Numbered from the stretch's first letter, positions 8,427 to 17,312 are shown. The stretch is 26,420 bases of DNA from Candidatus Fraserbacteria bacterium (GCA_037446135.1 JBBIJD010000018.1:1-26420), one strand, 5' to 3'. A program made the numbers and translations. Notes: generated by a model from the letters alone, not told the origin.

Positions 8427-9140
8427 TCATTCCCCCAGTTCGGCCCGCCCGCCGAAGGCGATCATCACCTGGACCGAGGGGGCACTGAGGCTCTCCGGCG
8501 GGCCGGTGAGCGCGAGGCCGGCCTGCTGCCACGGCTCGCCGAAGGTCCAGAGATACCCCAGGCTCACCTTGAGCATGATCCAGTCGAGGAGGGCGAACTC
8601 CAGCCCCGCGTAGGCCTGGACCCCGAAGAAGCCCCTGGTGAGCGAGGTATTCGCGGGATTGCTGACGGCGTCGTCGAACGAGCTCGAGCGGTGATCGAGC
8701 AAGTCGAGGGCCGCGTCCCCACCGCCGATGACCGCCCCGAGCGCGAGGCTATACCTCTCTCCCGAGGAGAGCCCCCGCTCGAGCATGAATCCCCCGAAGC
8801 CGATCGAGAGCTTGGCGACCTTCTGGCCGGCCTGCGAGCTGACCTCTCCGCCCCAGCCGAGCCCGCCGAATCGGAGGCCTTCCACTTCACCGCCGAAGCC
8901 TCCGCCGCCCATGATGAAGACCATCTCCGCCAATGGGGCATAGCCATTGGCTTCGAGCTTCTCGTTGAGCCCCTCAAGGTCGAGCAGGAGTAGCCCCGGA
9001 AGCGGTCCGCCCCCGCCCAGTCCCTCCACTAGCTCCAACGGCGCTGCCTCTTGAGCTTGGAGTGCCACCAAGGGCAGGCCGAGGAGGACGATCATTAACA
9101 GCGGCAGAAGGATCAACCGGCGCTCAGGCATGGGAATCAT
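8427..9140 (-). CDS. Exported Gly/aromatic-rich hypothetical protein, possible outer-membrane beta-barrel
   Basis: ATG 9140 after SD AAAGGAGG. Signal peptide. Alternating beta-strand patterns (LRFGGLGWGG, LSIGFGGFMLE, VQAYAGLEF, LKVSLGYLWTF, VQVMIAFG). Confidence 0.6.
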   Translation of the reverse strand: MIPMPERRLILLPLLMIVLLGLPLVALQAQEAAPLELVEGLGGGGPLPGLLLLDLEGLNEKLEANGYAPLAEMVFIMGGGGFGGEVEGLRFGGLGWGGEVSSQAGQKVAKLSIGFGGFMLERGLSSGERYSLALGAVIGGGDAALDLLDHRSSSFDDAVSNPANTSLTRGFFGVQAYAGLEFALLDWIMLKVSLGYLWTFGEPWQQAGLALTGPPESLSAPSVQVMIAFGGRAELGE

Positions 9141-9248
9141 CTCCCCTCCTTTCCAGACTAATATCCTCGGGCACATTATGAGTTGCCGATTTAGCCTCTC
9201 CGGCTCAGTAGAGCCCCATCAGAGCGGGACTGCAGCGGGAGTCGGCGA

Positions 9249-10085
9249 TCAAGGCACCCAACCCGGGGGAGGAAGGGCCACATCAGAGAGCCAACCAGGC
9301 CGGGAGCTCGAGAAGACCTGGGTGCGCCTGCCCGTGGCTAGATCGAGATGATAGATCTTATCCTGCCAGTCAGCGTAATATAGCTCCGTCAGAGAGGCTA
9401 GGGCGAAGCCCTTGATCGGGGCGGTCGTGTCCGTGAAGAGCCGCTCCACGCCTCCCCTGCTCACTCGGTAGATGCTGGCGGGCACGCGATTCCCCGAGCT
9501 GAGATATAGAGTCCCATCGGGGCCGAAGGCAAAGTCCCCCGCCCAGGAGCCGTCGACATCGGCCAGGCGGACCTCGTAGAACAGGGTGATGCTACCGTCA
9601 CCTTCTATCCGGTAGATCCGCCCGTTCCCACAGGCCCCGCAGGCCTCGCTGAAGTAGAGGCGGAGGACCCCCTCAGGATGGAGCGGTGGGCCGAGGAAGA
9701 AGGCGAGGTCTCGCACATAAGTGTTGTGGGTGTAGACCACCTCTTCGCCTAGCCACTGGCCGTCTGTAGGCCGGCGCGCTGCGAGATAGATCTTAGTCTC
9801 GTTAGCGCTGACATAGTAGAGCTTCTCGACTGCCGGATGGAAGGCGAAGCTGTAGAGCTGGCCTCCGGGCCTAGTGTAGATGATCGCGAGGCTGGAGATC
9901 GGCCCTGAGGGCGTAGTGGAGTAAGCATACCTATAGATCGAGCCGGGGATCATCTTGGCATCAGCAAAGTAGATCTGCCACGGCGAGGGCTGTGCCGCTC
10001 CTCCTGAGGAGACTAGTAGGGCCGAACAGGATAAGATCAGGCCAAGGAGGGCTGCCCATTTACCGGCACTCATCCTTTCGCTCAT
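9249..10085 (-). CDS. Exported beta-propeller-like hypothetical protein
   Basis: Signal peptide; repeated blade-like motifs (SFAFHP..KLYY, DLAF...LYFS...IYRI, DFAFGPDGTLYLS...IYRV, GFAL...LYYAD...IYHL). ATG 10085 after GGGAGG. Confidence 0.65.
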   Translation of the reverse strand: MSERMSAGKWAALLGLILSCSALLVSSGGAAQPSPWQIYFADAKMIPGSIYRYAYSTTPSGPISSLAIIYTRPGGQLYSFAFHPAVEKLYYVSANETKIYLAARRPTDGQWLGEEVVYTHNTYVRDLAFFLGPPLHPEGVLRLYFSEACGACGNGRIYRIEGDGSITLFYEVRLADVDGSWAGDFAFGPDGTLYLSSGNRVPASIYRVSRGGVERLFTDTTAPIKGFALASLTELYYADWQDKIYHLDLATGRRTQVFSSSRPGWLSDVALPPPGWVP

Positions 10086-10132
10086 TCCCCCCTCCCTTGA
10101 GGCGACCATTCTGAGCCGCCTCAGTGGGCTTC

Positions 10133-10162
10133 AGTATAGCACGGGCGATCTGCACATGTCAA
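10133..10162 (-). promoter_or_regulatory. Strong sigma70-type promoter
   Basis: Minus strand TTGACA, 18-nt spacer, TATACT, with an extended -10 TG. Confidence 0.7.
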
Positions 10163-10229
10163 GGCCACTGACCGGCTCGTGGCCCAGGGATCAGGGCCCT
10201 CACGCGCGGTCCGCTTGGCCTAATGGCCA

Positions 10230-10577
10230 CTAGTGTTCGAGCCCCTGCCCGATCTCTCTGGCCCAGGCGGTGGCCCGCTCCAGCTCGCCCTCGAGGAGCG
10301 GCCCCTCCGCCCCCTTCACTACGAAGAGCCGGATGGCCGGGGCGACGATGGTGCAGCCCTGCCGCCGGAGGGCGCGCTCGATTCTCTTCGTCGTCTTGCT
10401 GGCGCTCCAGGCTCGCGTCGGGCTACCGATGATCAGGAGGTCCAGGCCCGTAAGGTCCTCCGGCTTGACAGTGTCAACCTTGGCTGCGCGGACCTCTGGC
10501 CCCAAGGCTGCGGCGATCGCCTGGGCTACCTTCCCTGTGTTCCCGAACTTCGTATCATAGCCTACTAAGGCTTTCAT
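10230..10577 (-). CDS. Flavodoxin-like protein with an apparent in-frame internal deletion (possibly degenerate)
   Basis: N-terminal YDTKFGNTGKVAQAIA and DLLIIGSPT; C-terminal FVVKGAEGPLLEGELERATAWA. Only 115 aa; the central AAFDT-type strand is absent. Confidence 0.75.
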   Translation of the reverse strand: MKALVGYDTKFGNTGKVAQAIAAALGPEVRAAKVDTVKPEDLTGLDLLIIGSPTRAWSASKTTKRIERALRRQGCTIVAPAIRLFVVKGAEGPLLEGELERATAWAREIGQGLEH

Positions 10578-10578
10578 G

Positions 10579-11046
10579 CTACTCCTCCTCGGCCCACTCT
10601 CGGATCTTCCGCTTCAACTTCTCCTCGATCTTCTTCCCCAGCTCCTCCCACTCCGTCTCGCCTTCAGCTTCGGCCCACTCCTTCAGCCGCTGCAGCACCT
10701 TCCGCTCGACCTTCGCCGCTACCTCTTCCTTCCACTCCCTCGCCTGCCTCCGCCGCCCGAGCCGCAAGCCGGCTCCGGGGCCACTGCCCCAAATAGCTAT
10801 AACTCCCAAGAGGAACCCGAAGTTATACCAGCCGCCGTTGTTATTGACCTCGTAGACTTTGATGTCGTGATTGAAGAGGTTGATGATGAAGGTGACCACC
10901 GAGATCATCCCGTGCCAGAGCCCCTGCCAGAACCCGGCCGGTGCCTCTAGCGTCCACTTCGGGCTCCCGGCGGCGCAGCCGGTGAGCAGCGACAGCAAAA
11001 TGAGCAGCAGGACCAGCTTGAAGAGCCTCACCCCACTAATATGCAT
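10579..11046 (-). CDS. Hypothetical membrane lipoprotein
   Basis: Lipobox LLTGC; hydrophobic AGFWQGLWHGMI...YEVNNNGGWYNFGFLLG segment; charged helical tail; SD AAAGGAGG. Confidence 0.7.
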   Translation of the reverse strand: MHISGVRLFKLVLLLILLSLLTGCAAGSPKWTLEAPAGFWQGLWHGMISVVTFIINLFNHDIKVYEVNNNGGWYNFGFLLGVIAIWGSGPGAGLRLGRRRQAREWKEEVAAKVERKVLQRLKEWAEAEGETEWEELGKKIEEKLKRKIREWAEEE

Positions 11047-11187
11047 GAGGGCCTCCTTTCTGGGGGAAGCTTACTCCCAGAGCCCATGTGCCTCCAAGTC
11101 TGCCCAGGCTTCCGCACGGCTTCGCCGAGCCCTCCTTGGCAGGGAGGTGACCAGGTGGGTAAGATTGTGAAAATGGAGGAGACAAAG

Positions 11188-12402
11188 ATGCAGGAGCTCA
11201 TTAAATCCTTGGTGCAGAAGACGGATTCCAAGATCGTGCTCGTCGTCCTCGACGGGCTGGGGGACCTCCCGGTCGAGGGCCGGACCCCGCTCGAGGCGGC
11301 CAGGACCCCGAATCTGGACGAACTGGCCAAAGAGTCCGCTTTAGGCCTGATGGACCCGATCGGGCGGGGGATCACTCCGGGGAGCGGGCCGGGCCATCTG
11401 GGGCTCTTCGGCTACGATCCGCTGCAGTATGAGGTCGGGCGCGGTGTCCTCGAAGCCCTGGGGATCGGGCTGGACCTCGAGCCGGAGGATGTGGCCGTCC
11501 GGGGGAACTTCGCCACCGTCGATGAGAAAGGCTTTCTGACCGACCGCCGGGCCGGGCGGATCCCAACCGATGAGAATAAGAGGATCTGCACCAGGCTCCA
11601 GCGGCAGATCAAGAGGATCGAGGATGTGGCGGTCCAGATCGAGCCGGTGATGGACCACCGCTTTGCACTGGTCCTCCGCGGGCCGGGGCTCGGGGGCTCA
11701 GTAGCCGATACTGACCCGCAGAGGACTGGCCTCAAGCCCCTCCCGGTCACGGCCACAGCTCAGGATCGGGCCTCGCGGAAGACGGCCCGGATCGCTGAGC
11801 GGTTCCTCACCCAGGCGACGGCGATCCTGAAGGACGAGGTGAAGGCCAATGCCATTCTGCTCCGCGGCTTCGGGAAGCTCCCCTCGATCCCGAAGATGCA
11901 AGAGCTTTACAAGTTAACCCCAGCGGTCCTCGCCGGCTACCCGATGTATCGCGGCCTGGCGAGGCTCATCGGGATGGAGGTCCTCCCCCTGGAGCTGGGG
12001 GATGAGCGGCTAGAGGAGAAGGCCCGGCTCCTCCGCGAGCACTGGGAGAGGTTCGATTTCTTCTTCATCCATGTGAAGCGGACCGACAGCGCCGGCGAGG
12101 ATGGGAATTTCGCGAGGAAGGTCGAGCTGATCGAGGAGTTCGATGCCCATCTGCCGCAGATCTTAGAGCTGAAGCCCGATGTTCTGGCGATCACTGCTGA
12201 TCATTCTACGCCGGTCCCACTGAAGAGCCACAGCTGGCATCCCGTGCCCGTATTACTCCACTCACGCTATGTCAGGTCGCGTGAAGGGAAGAGGTTCACC
12301 GAGAGCGACTGCTACAGGGGAGGTCTTGGCCGCTTCCGGGCCGTCGAGTTGATGCCAGAATTGCTGGCCCATGCCTTGAAATTGGCCAAGTTCGGGGCTT
12401 AG
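11188..12402 (+). CDS. apgM: 2,3-bisphosphoglycerate-independent phosphoglycerate mutase, archaeal-type
   Basis: KIVLVVLDGLGD, TPLEAARTPNLD, TPGSGPGHLGLFGYDP, GRGVLEALG, DRRAGRI, FIHVKRTDSAGEDG, TADHSTP, HSWHPVP. ATG 11188 after GGAGGAG. Confidence 0.93.
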   Translation: MQELIKSLVQKTDSKIVLVVLDGLGDLPVEGRTPLEAARTPNLDELAKESALGLMDPIGRGITPGSGPGHLGLFGYDPLQYEVGRGVLEALGIGLDLEPEDVAVRGNFATVDEKGFLTDRRAGRIPTDENKRICTRLQRQIKRIEDVAVQIEPVMDHRFALVLRGPGLGGSVADTDPQRTGLKPLPVTATAQDRASRKTARIAERFLTQATAILKDEVKANAILLRGFGKLPSIPKMQELYKLTPAVLAGYPMYRGLARLIGMEVLPLELGDERLEEKARLLREHWERFDFFFIHVKRTDSAGEDGNFARKVELIEEFDAHLPQILELKPDVLAITADHSTPVPLKSHSWHPVPVLLHSRYVRSREGKRFTESDCYRGGLGRFRAVELMPELLAHALKLAKFGA

Positions 12403-12452
12403 GCCCTCGTTCAGTATCCCATCATAAAGACCAAAGCCCGTAAGGGTAGAAG

Positions 12453-12481
12453 TTGACCGTTCGGTAGCGGCGCGCTAAACT
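12453..12481 (+). promoter_or_regulatory. Sigma70-type promoter of the restriction-modification cassette
   Basis: TTGACC (12453-12458), 17-nt spacer, TAAACT (12476-12481). Confidence 0.6.
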
Positions 12482-12498
12482 ACGATCAGGGTAAGCCG

Positions 12499-14028
12499 AT
12501 GAGAGATGGCGGGATGCCCGATCAGCAGTTGAGGCTATTCACCGAACCCGGTCCTCCTTCGCAAAAGCTGCGGCACTTTGCCTCGAAGGAGAAGGTCTTA
12601 GGGCAGTTCTTCACACCCCTAGCTATTGCTCGCTTCATGGTCTCTTGGGCCGAGCTGCTCGGGATTCCTAAGGCCATAGCGGTCGATCCCGCCTGTGGCG
12701 ATGGCGTGTTCTTGAAAGAGCTAGTGGCGGCAGGCTTCCAGCATATTCTGGGCATCGACATCGACGGTGATGTCTTGCGGGGCCTCGCGGATGAGGTCCC
12801 TCCAGCGGTAGAACTCCGCCAAGCCAATGGTCTGGCGATCCCGCTGGAATCCTTCGCGGATTTTGTGGTAGGCAATCCTCCATTCAGCGCGAAGTATGGG
12901 CGGGTCAAGGATCGTTCTATTCTTGATAGATTTGCCTTAGGCAAGGGGTGCGCCAGCCAAGCGCCAGAAGTCCTCTTCTTGGAGCAGTTTGTGAGGCTTG
13001 CCAAGCCGGGAGGGCTGATAGCCATTATCCTGCCCGAGGGGATCTTCGCTGCACTTCCTATGCAGCCGGTGCGGGATTACATCCTCTCTCACCTTTTGCC
13101 CCTCGCGGTGATCAGCCTCTCGCGGCGCTTCTTCCCCGCTAAAACGAGCATCTTGATTGCTCGTAAGGAAGAAGAGGAGCTTTGTGGCCAGGCACGCTCT
13201 GATTGGCCAGTGTTCTTAGGTACAGCAGATGACGAAGCCGGGCTGAATGGGCTGCTAGAGCTCTATCGAGCCGGGCATGAGGGAGATTCAGCCTGCTGGA
13301 GGCCGTTGCAAAGGTTGTGGAAGAACATGTCTGTCGAGTTTCATCTCCCGATGCTGGATGTGCTGAGCGAGGTTAATCCCTCCATCCCACTTGTCCAGCT
13401 TGGCCAACTCTTAGAGAGTATAAGAACAGGACGCACTGAATATGGGCCGAGACGGAGATTTGCCCCTTCGGGCATCCGCTGGATTGGAGCGTCGGTGGTT
13501 ACACCTTTAGGACTCGATTTCAGGAGGGAAGAGCGGTTTATCCGACCGGGCAGCCCGATGGACAAACAGATGGCCTACACCCAAGTCGGAGATGTGCTCT
13601 TTGTGCGTGTGGGGGTCGGGTGTGCAGGCCGCGTCGCGGTCGTCCTGAATGATGAAGAGTGTGGGATCGCAGACGATTATATCTATATCATGAGGTTCAA
13701 AGAGGGGATTCTACCCGGCTATTTCGCACTCTATGCGGCCACGAAGTTCTTCAAAGGCCAGATCGAGCGACTGAAGAGAGGGGTGGGCACGGTGAATATC
13801 CCCCAGAATGCGCTGAAGACAGTGCGCGTCCCCGTGCCCACTCGCGCAGTGCAAGAGCGCTTCGCCCAGCTCTATCGCCGCCTCCACGAGCATGCTGTCG
13901 GCGCGCGATCAACGGTGGCTCGGCAGAAGGCATTAGATGCGCTTGCCGAAGCCGTAACGGAGCTGGAAGCCTGGCTTCAAGGGGAAGCTCCTTATGCCAA
14001 GGCCAAAACCCCTGGTCGCGTGGGATGA
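12499..14028 (+). CDS. N6-adenine DNA methyltransferase (gamma motif order) with a C-terminal HsdS-like target recognition domain; likely partner of the PabI-family enzyme
   Basis: GQFFTP (motif X), DPACGDG (motif I), GNPPF (motif IV), LKPGG-like LAKPGGLIAIILPEG. C-terminal GDVLFVRVG...GRVAV...GVGTVNI...VPVP....QERF. Start is 12499 or 12514. Confidence 0.92.
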   Translation: MRDGGMPDQQLRLFTEPGPPSQKLRHFASKEKVLGQFFTPLAIARFMVSWAELLGIPKAIAVDPACGDGVFLKELVAAGFQHILGIDIDGDVLRGLADEVPPAVELRQANGLAIPLESFADFVVGNPPFSAKYGRVKDRSILDRFALGKGCASQAPEVLFLEQFVRLAKPGGLIAIILPEGIFAALPMQPVRDYILSHLLPLAVISLSRRFFPAKTSILIARKEEEELCGQARSDWPVFLGTADDEAGLNGLLELYRAGHEGDSACWRPLQRLWKNMSVEFHLPMLDVLSEVNPSIPLVQLGQLLESIRTGRTEYGPRRRFAPSGIRWIGASVVTPLGLDFRREERFIRPGSPMDKQMAYTQVGDVLFVRVGVGCAGRVAVVLNDEECGIADDYIYIMRFKEGILPGYFALYAATKFFKGQIERLKRGVGTVNIPQNALKTVRVPVPTRAVQERFAQLYRRLHEHAVGARSTVARQKALDALAEAVTELEAWLQGEAPYAKAKTPGRVG

Positions 14029-14626
14029 CGGTCTTATCTGCTACCTGCCGTTGACGACTCCCAGCGGCAAAGTGCGGGCCAAGAGAGGATATGAACCGTT
14101 GACAACAAGCACTGTCCCTATGGCTAAAGACGATCTGTTGGAATGGCAAATATCGTATAAAGGGTTCGTCGAGCTAGCCCAGTTATTACAGCTAGGTTAT
14201 GAGCATAAGCTGATCAAGAGGCAAGAGCTGGAAGACCTCGGAAAGGAACTTCGCTCACAGAGGAACTTCTTTAGTAATCGATATAAGATCCAAAGGATCG
14301 CCACAAACCAAGTCTTCGAGGGCTTCAAGCTCATCTACAGAAGGCATCCCGTTCTGCACAGAGATTTGAAGCATAACATCAGCATCGAGGTAGAGTTCAA
14401 GTCCCAACAGAAAGGTGTCCGGGCTCAACCGATGGTTTATCTCTTCATTCCAATACAGGAGTTGATCGAAGGTAAAGACCTGCTCGGAAGGACTGCCCGG
14501 ACCAATGAGGTTGGGAGATGGAGGCCATCCTCTGAGATCCTCTTCGAGGTCGTCCGAGCTTTTGCCCTTGCTTCTCCACAACACCGTGATGATATGCTAG
14601 AAATCATCGAGACGATCTTAAGATGA
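13994..14626 (+). CDS. R.PabI-family (HALFPIPE) restriction enzyme / restriction DNA glycosylase
   Basis: Collinear match to R.PabI motifs as I recall them: LPLT.PSGKVR, EWQISY, FK.QQ.GV.AQPMVYLFIPI, LLGRTARTNEV, AFALASPQHRDD. Overlaps the methyltransferase by 35 nt. Confidence 0.9.
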   Translation: MPRPKPLVAWDDGLICYLPLTTPSGKVRAKRGYEPLTTSTVPMAKDDLLEWQISYKGFVELAQLLQLGYEHKLIKRQELEDLGKELRSQRNFFSNRYKIQRIATNQVFEGFKLIYRRHPVLHRDLKHNISIEVEFKSQQKGVRAQPMVYLFIPIQELIEGKDLLGRTARTNEVGRWRPSSEILFEVVRAFALASPQHRDDMLEIIETILR

Positions 14627-14703
14627 AGTGAGAGAAGATTCTGGACCCCCTTCCCTTGAGTAGCGCGGCTGACAGGAGGCACAACCGGAATTCCCCACGC
14701 CTG

Positions 14704-14723
14704 CCGTTTGCTTGAAGCAACGG
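14704..14723. terminator. Hairpin between convergent genes, possible terminator
   Basis: CCGTTTGCT-TGA-AGCAACGG imperfect inverted repeat; no clear U-tract. Confidence 0.3.
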
Positions 14724-14762
14724 GAGCCTCACCAAACAAGATCCGGGTCGAATCCTAGCTGG

Positions 14763-16262
14763 CTAGAGCTTATAGACCTCCCCGAACTTCTCCTTGATGT
14801 AGCGCACGAAGTGCTGGGGGTTCGGCCCTTCGCCGGTCACCCGCTCCATTAGCTCCTTCGGCTCGTAGATCTTCCCGAATCTGTGGATCTTCTCCCGCTG
14901 CCACTCCCGCAAGGGGAGGAGCTCGCCCTGAGCGATCTTCCTCTCTAGATCCGGGATCTCCCTCTTGGCGGCGTTGAAGAGCTGGGCGGCATAGAGGTTC
15001 CCCAGCATGTAGGAAGGGAAGTAGCCGAAGTAGCCGGCCGACCAGTGGACATCCTGGAGGACCCCTTTTGCGTCGTTTGGCGGGACGATCCCGAGGTATT
15101 TTTTCATCGAGTCGTTCCAGAGCGGGGGGAGCCCCTCGACCTCGATCCTCCTGTTCAGTAATCCTTCTTCCAGTTCGAACCGGAGCATGATGTGCAGATT
15201 GTAAGTCACCTCATCGGCTTCGACCCGGATGAATGAGGGCTCGACATAGTTGACCGCGCGGTAGAACTCCTCGAGCGGGACCCGCTTGAACCTAGGGAAG
15301 AGCTCTTGCAGGTTAGGGTAGAAGAACTCCCAGAATGGGCGGCTCCTTCCGACGAGGTTCTCCCAGGTCCGGGACTGAGACTCATGGAGCCCCATCGAGG
15401 CCCCCTCATCGAGCCCGGTCCAGCGCAGCTCCGAGGGGATCCCCTGGTCGTAGAGTGCATGGCCGCCCTCGTGGATCGAGCTGAAGAGGGCTGACAGCAG
15501 ATCCTTCGGGTCGAACCGCGTGGTCACACGGACATCCCCCGGCCCTATAGTGATAGTGAACGGATGAGCGGTGGTATCCTGCCTTCCGGCCTCGAAGTCG
15601 TAGCCCATCGCCCGCAGGGCCCTCAGGGTCAGCTCCTCCTGCTTCTTGACTGAGAAGGTCCCCTTCAGGAAGGTCCGTCTCGGCCGTTCGCCCTCCTCGA
15701 TCAGCCGCTGGAGGAAGGGGACCAGCTCACGCCGGAGTGGCTCGATGATCGCCTTGAGCTCACGGGCCGTCAGCCCCGGCTCGTAGTCCTCGAGCAGGGC
15801 GTCATAGGGGTTCTCCTTGTAGCCATAGAGCTCGGCGAACTGGCGGACGAAGTCCACGATCTTCTCCAGGTAAGGCTTGAAGAGAGCGAAGTCGGATTTA
15901 GCTCTGGCCTCCTCCCAGACCGAATGGGCCTTGGAAGTAGTGATGACGAACTGCTCGTAAAGCTCGGGCGGGATCGCCTTCCGCCGGCGATGCTCCTTGG
16001 CCAGGACCCGGATCATCGCCCGATCCGGCTCGCTCAAACCATCTTTTACCTCGGGCCGGTCAAGCTTATCGATGAACTCAGCCATTTGGGGCGAGACGAG
16101 CATCTCGAAGGCCATCCTCGCCAACTTCCCGATCACCTCGGCCCGGGCCTCGTGTCCCTTCTTGGGGATGTAGGTCTGCTGGTCCCAGTTGAGCAGGGCC
16201 GCCGCGGAGCTGAGCTTCCCCATCTCCCGCACATAGTCCTTGAACCGCTTCAGCTCTTCCAC
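14763..16262 (-). CDS. Thermostable carboxypeptidase, peptidase family M32 (Taq type)
   Basis: HPF, DVRVTTR, HEGGHALY (HEXXH), HESQSR, IRVEADE, GVLQDVHW, GYFPSY. GTG start after AAGGAGGAG. Confidence 0.96.
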   Translation of the reverse strand: MEELKRFKDYVREMGKLSSAAALLNWDQQTYIPKKGHEARAEVIGKLARMAFEMLVSPQMAEFIDKLDRPEVKDGLSEPDRAMIRVLAKEHRRRKAIPPELYEQFVITTSKAHSVWEEARAKSDFALFKPYLEKIVDFVRQFAELYGYKENPYDALLEDYEPGLTARELKAIIEPLRRELVPFLQRLIEEGERPRRTFLKGTFSVKKQEELTLRALRAMGYDFEAGRQDTTAHPFTITIGPGDVRVTTRFDPKDLLSALFSSIHEGGHALYDQGIPSELRWTGLDEGASMGLHESQSRTWENLVGRSRPFWEFFYPNLQELFPRFKRVPLEEFYRAVNYVEPSFIRVEADEVTYNLHIMLRFELEEGLLNRRIEVEGLPPLWNDSMKKYLGIVPPNDAKGVLQDVHWSAGYFGYFPSYMLGNLYAAQLFNAAKREIPDLERKIAQGELLPLREWQREKIHRFGKIYEPKELMERVTGEGPNPQHFVRYIKEKFGEVYKL

Positions 16263-16275
16263 AGCTCCTCCTTCG

Positions 16276-16551
16276 CTAGTATCTTATCTCGAAACCGGTG
16301 AACTCACCCCGATAATCCTCCCAGTGGGCTTGAACCTCTCGGACGACCGCTCCCGGCGGGCCATGATGGCACCAGTCAATTAATCTCTTGATTCTCTCCT
16401 CCTCTCCCTCCACTAGGGCCTCGACCCGCCCATCGGGGAGGTTCCGCACCCAGCCGGTAAGGCCGAGCCGGCGGGCCTCATCGCGGGTGTTAGCCCGGTA
16501 GAAGACCCCTTGAACCCTCCCAGAAATAAGGAGGTGGACCCGCCGCTTCAT
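16276..16551 (-). CDS. acyP: Acylphosphatase
   Basis: ISGRVQGVFYR, GWVRNLPDGRVE, GPPGAVV, FEIRY. Confidence 0.96.
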   Translation of the reverse strand: MKRRVHLLISGRVQGVFYRANTRDEARRLGLTGWVRNLPDGRVEALVEGEEERIKRLIDWCHHGPPGAVVREVQAHWEDYRGEFTGFEIRY

Positions 16552-17051
16552 ATCTCGCGGACTATCTCATTCAAGGGCCGGCGGGTCGAGCTCCGTTCGC
16601 CCGGCGCGGGGTGGCCGATGAGTAACAGCATGACCAACTCCTCATTCCCCTTGAGTTCCAGGACTTTCGCTGCCTCCTCTTTAGAGCTGGAGATCCCCCC
16701 GACCCAGCAGGCCCCCAAGCCCAGGGCATGGGCCGCGAGGAACATGTTCTCCACGCAGGCCCCGATCCCCTGCATGTCCTTGTCCCGGTCGTAGCCCCGC
16801 TCATGGTCGAGGACGACCGCCAGGCAGACCGGTGCAGATTCGATGAGCTCTCTCTGGCGGCTGAGCCCGGCCAGCGCCTCCCGCTTCTTTCTGCTCTTCA
16901 CTAGGACGAAGACCCAGGGCTGGGTATTCTTCCCTGAGGGGGCCCACCGCCCGGCCTCGAGGATCTTCTCTAGATCTTGAGCGCTCACCGGCTCATTCGT
17001 GAACTCTCGGACGCTCCGCCGGCCCATGACCACCTCGAAGAAGTCTTTCAT
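16548..17051 (-). CDS. Nitroreductase family protein
   Basis: RRSVREF, APSGKNTQPW, ENMFLAAHALGLGACW, IGHP. Confidence 0.93.
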   Translation of the reverse strand: MKDFFEVVMGRRSVREFTNEPVSAQDLEKILEAGRWAPSGKNTQPWVFVLVKSRKKREALAGLSRQRELIESAPVCLAVVLDHERGYDRDKDMQGIGACVENMFLAAHALGLGACWVGGISSSKEEAAKVLELKGNEELVMLLLIGHPAPGERSSTRRPLNEIVREI

Positions 17052-17057
17052 CTCGAT

Positions 17058-17312
17058 CTAGCCCTCCTTGAGGAGCTCGCCGACCTCCTTGAGCGCGGCC
17101 ATCAGCTCATCATAGAGTTCGAGGGGGATCGCGATCCCCTTCCTCGTCGGCTTCCACTCATCATTCTCATCGAGGTAGAAGTTCCGCAGATCGAGATACT
17201 CCCGCCCGCGGAAGGTCACGAGTCGGACCTGGAGCTGCTGGCCCGCTCCGCGCTCGAAGGCCTTGATCAGCCTCTCCTTATCCGTCAGCTTGAGGCGCGC
17301 CTCTTCAGCCAT
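17058..17312 (-). CDS. PC4/p15 (YdbC-like) single-stranded DNA-binding protein
   Basis: VRLVTFRGREYLDLRNFY...EWKPTRKGIAI. ATG 17312 after GAAGGGGTG. Candidate own promoter TTGATC-18-TATACT at 17381-17352. Confidence 0.88.
   Translation of the reverse strand: MAEEARLKLTDKERLIKAFERGAGQQLQVRLVTFRGREYLDLRNFYLDENDEWKPTRKGIAIPLELYDELMAALKEVGELLKEG

Noticed and set aside
11059..11145. Hairpins between the divergent lipoprotein and apgM genes as an ncRNA
   Set aside because: Short GC-rich imperfect stems are expected by chance; no recognisable family.
12409..12460. CCCGTAAGGG mini-palindrome resembling a CRISPR repeat core
   Set aside because: Single copy, no repeat-spacer periodicity, no cas genes.
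12499..14028. Type I RM system (HsdM-HsdS fusion)
   Set aside because: No HsdR nearby and only one TRD; the adjacent PabI-family gene explains it as a Type II-like pair.
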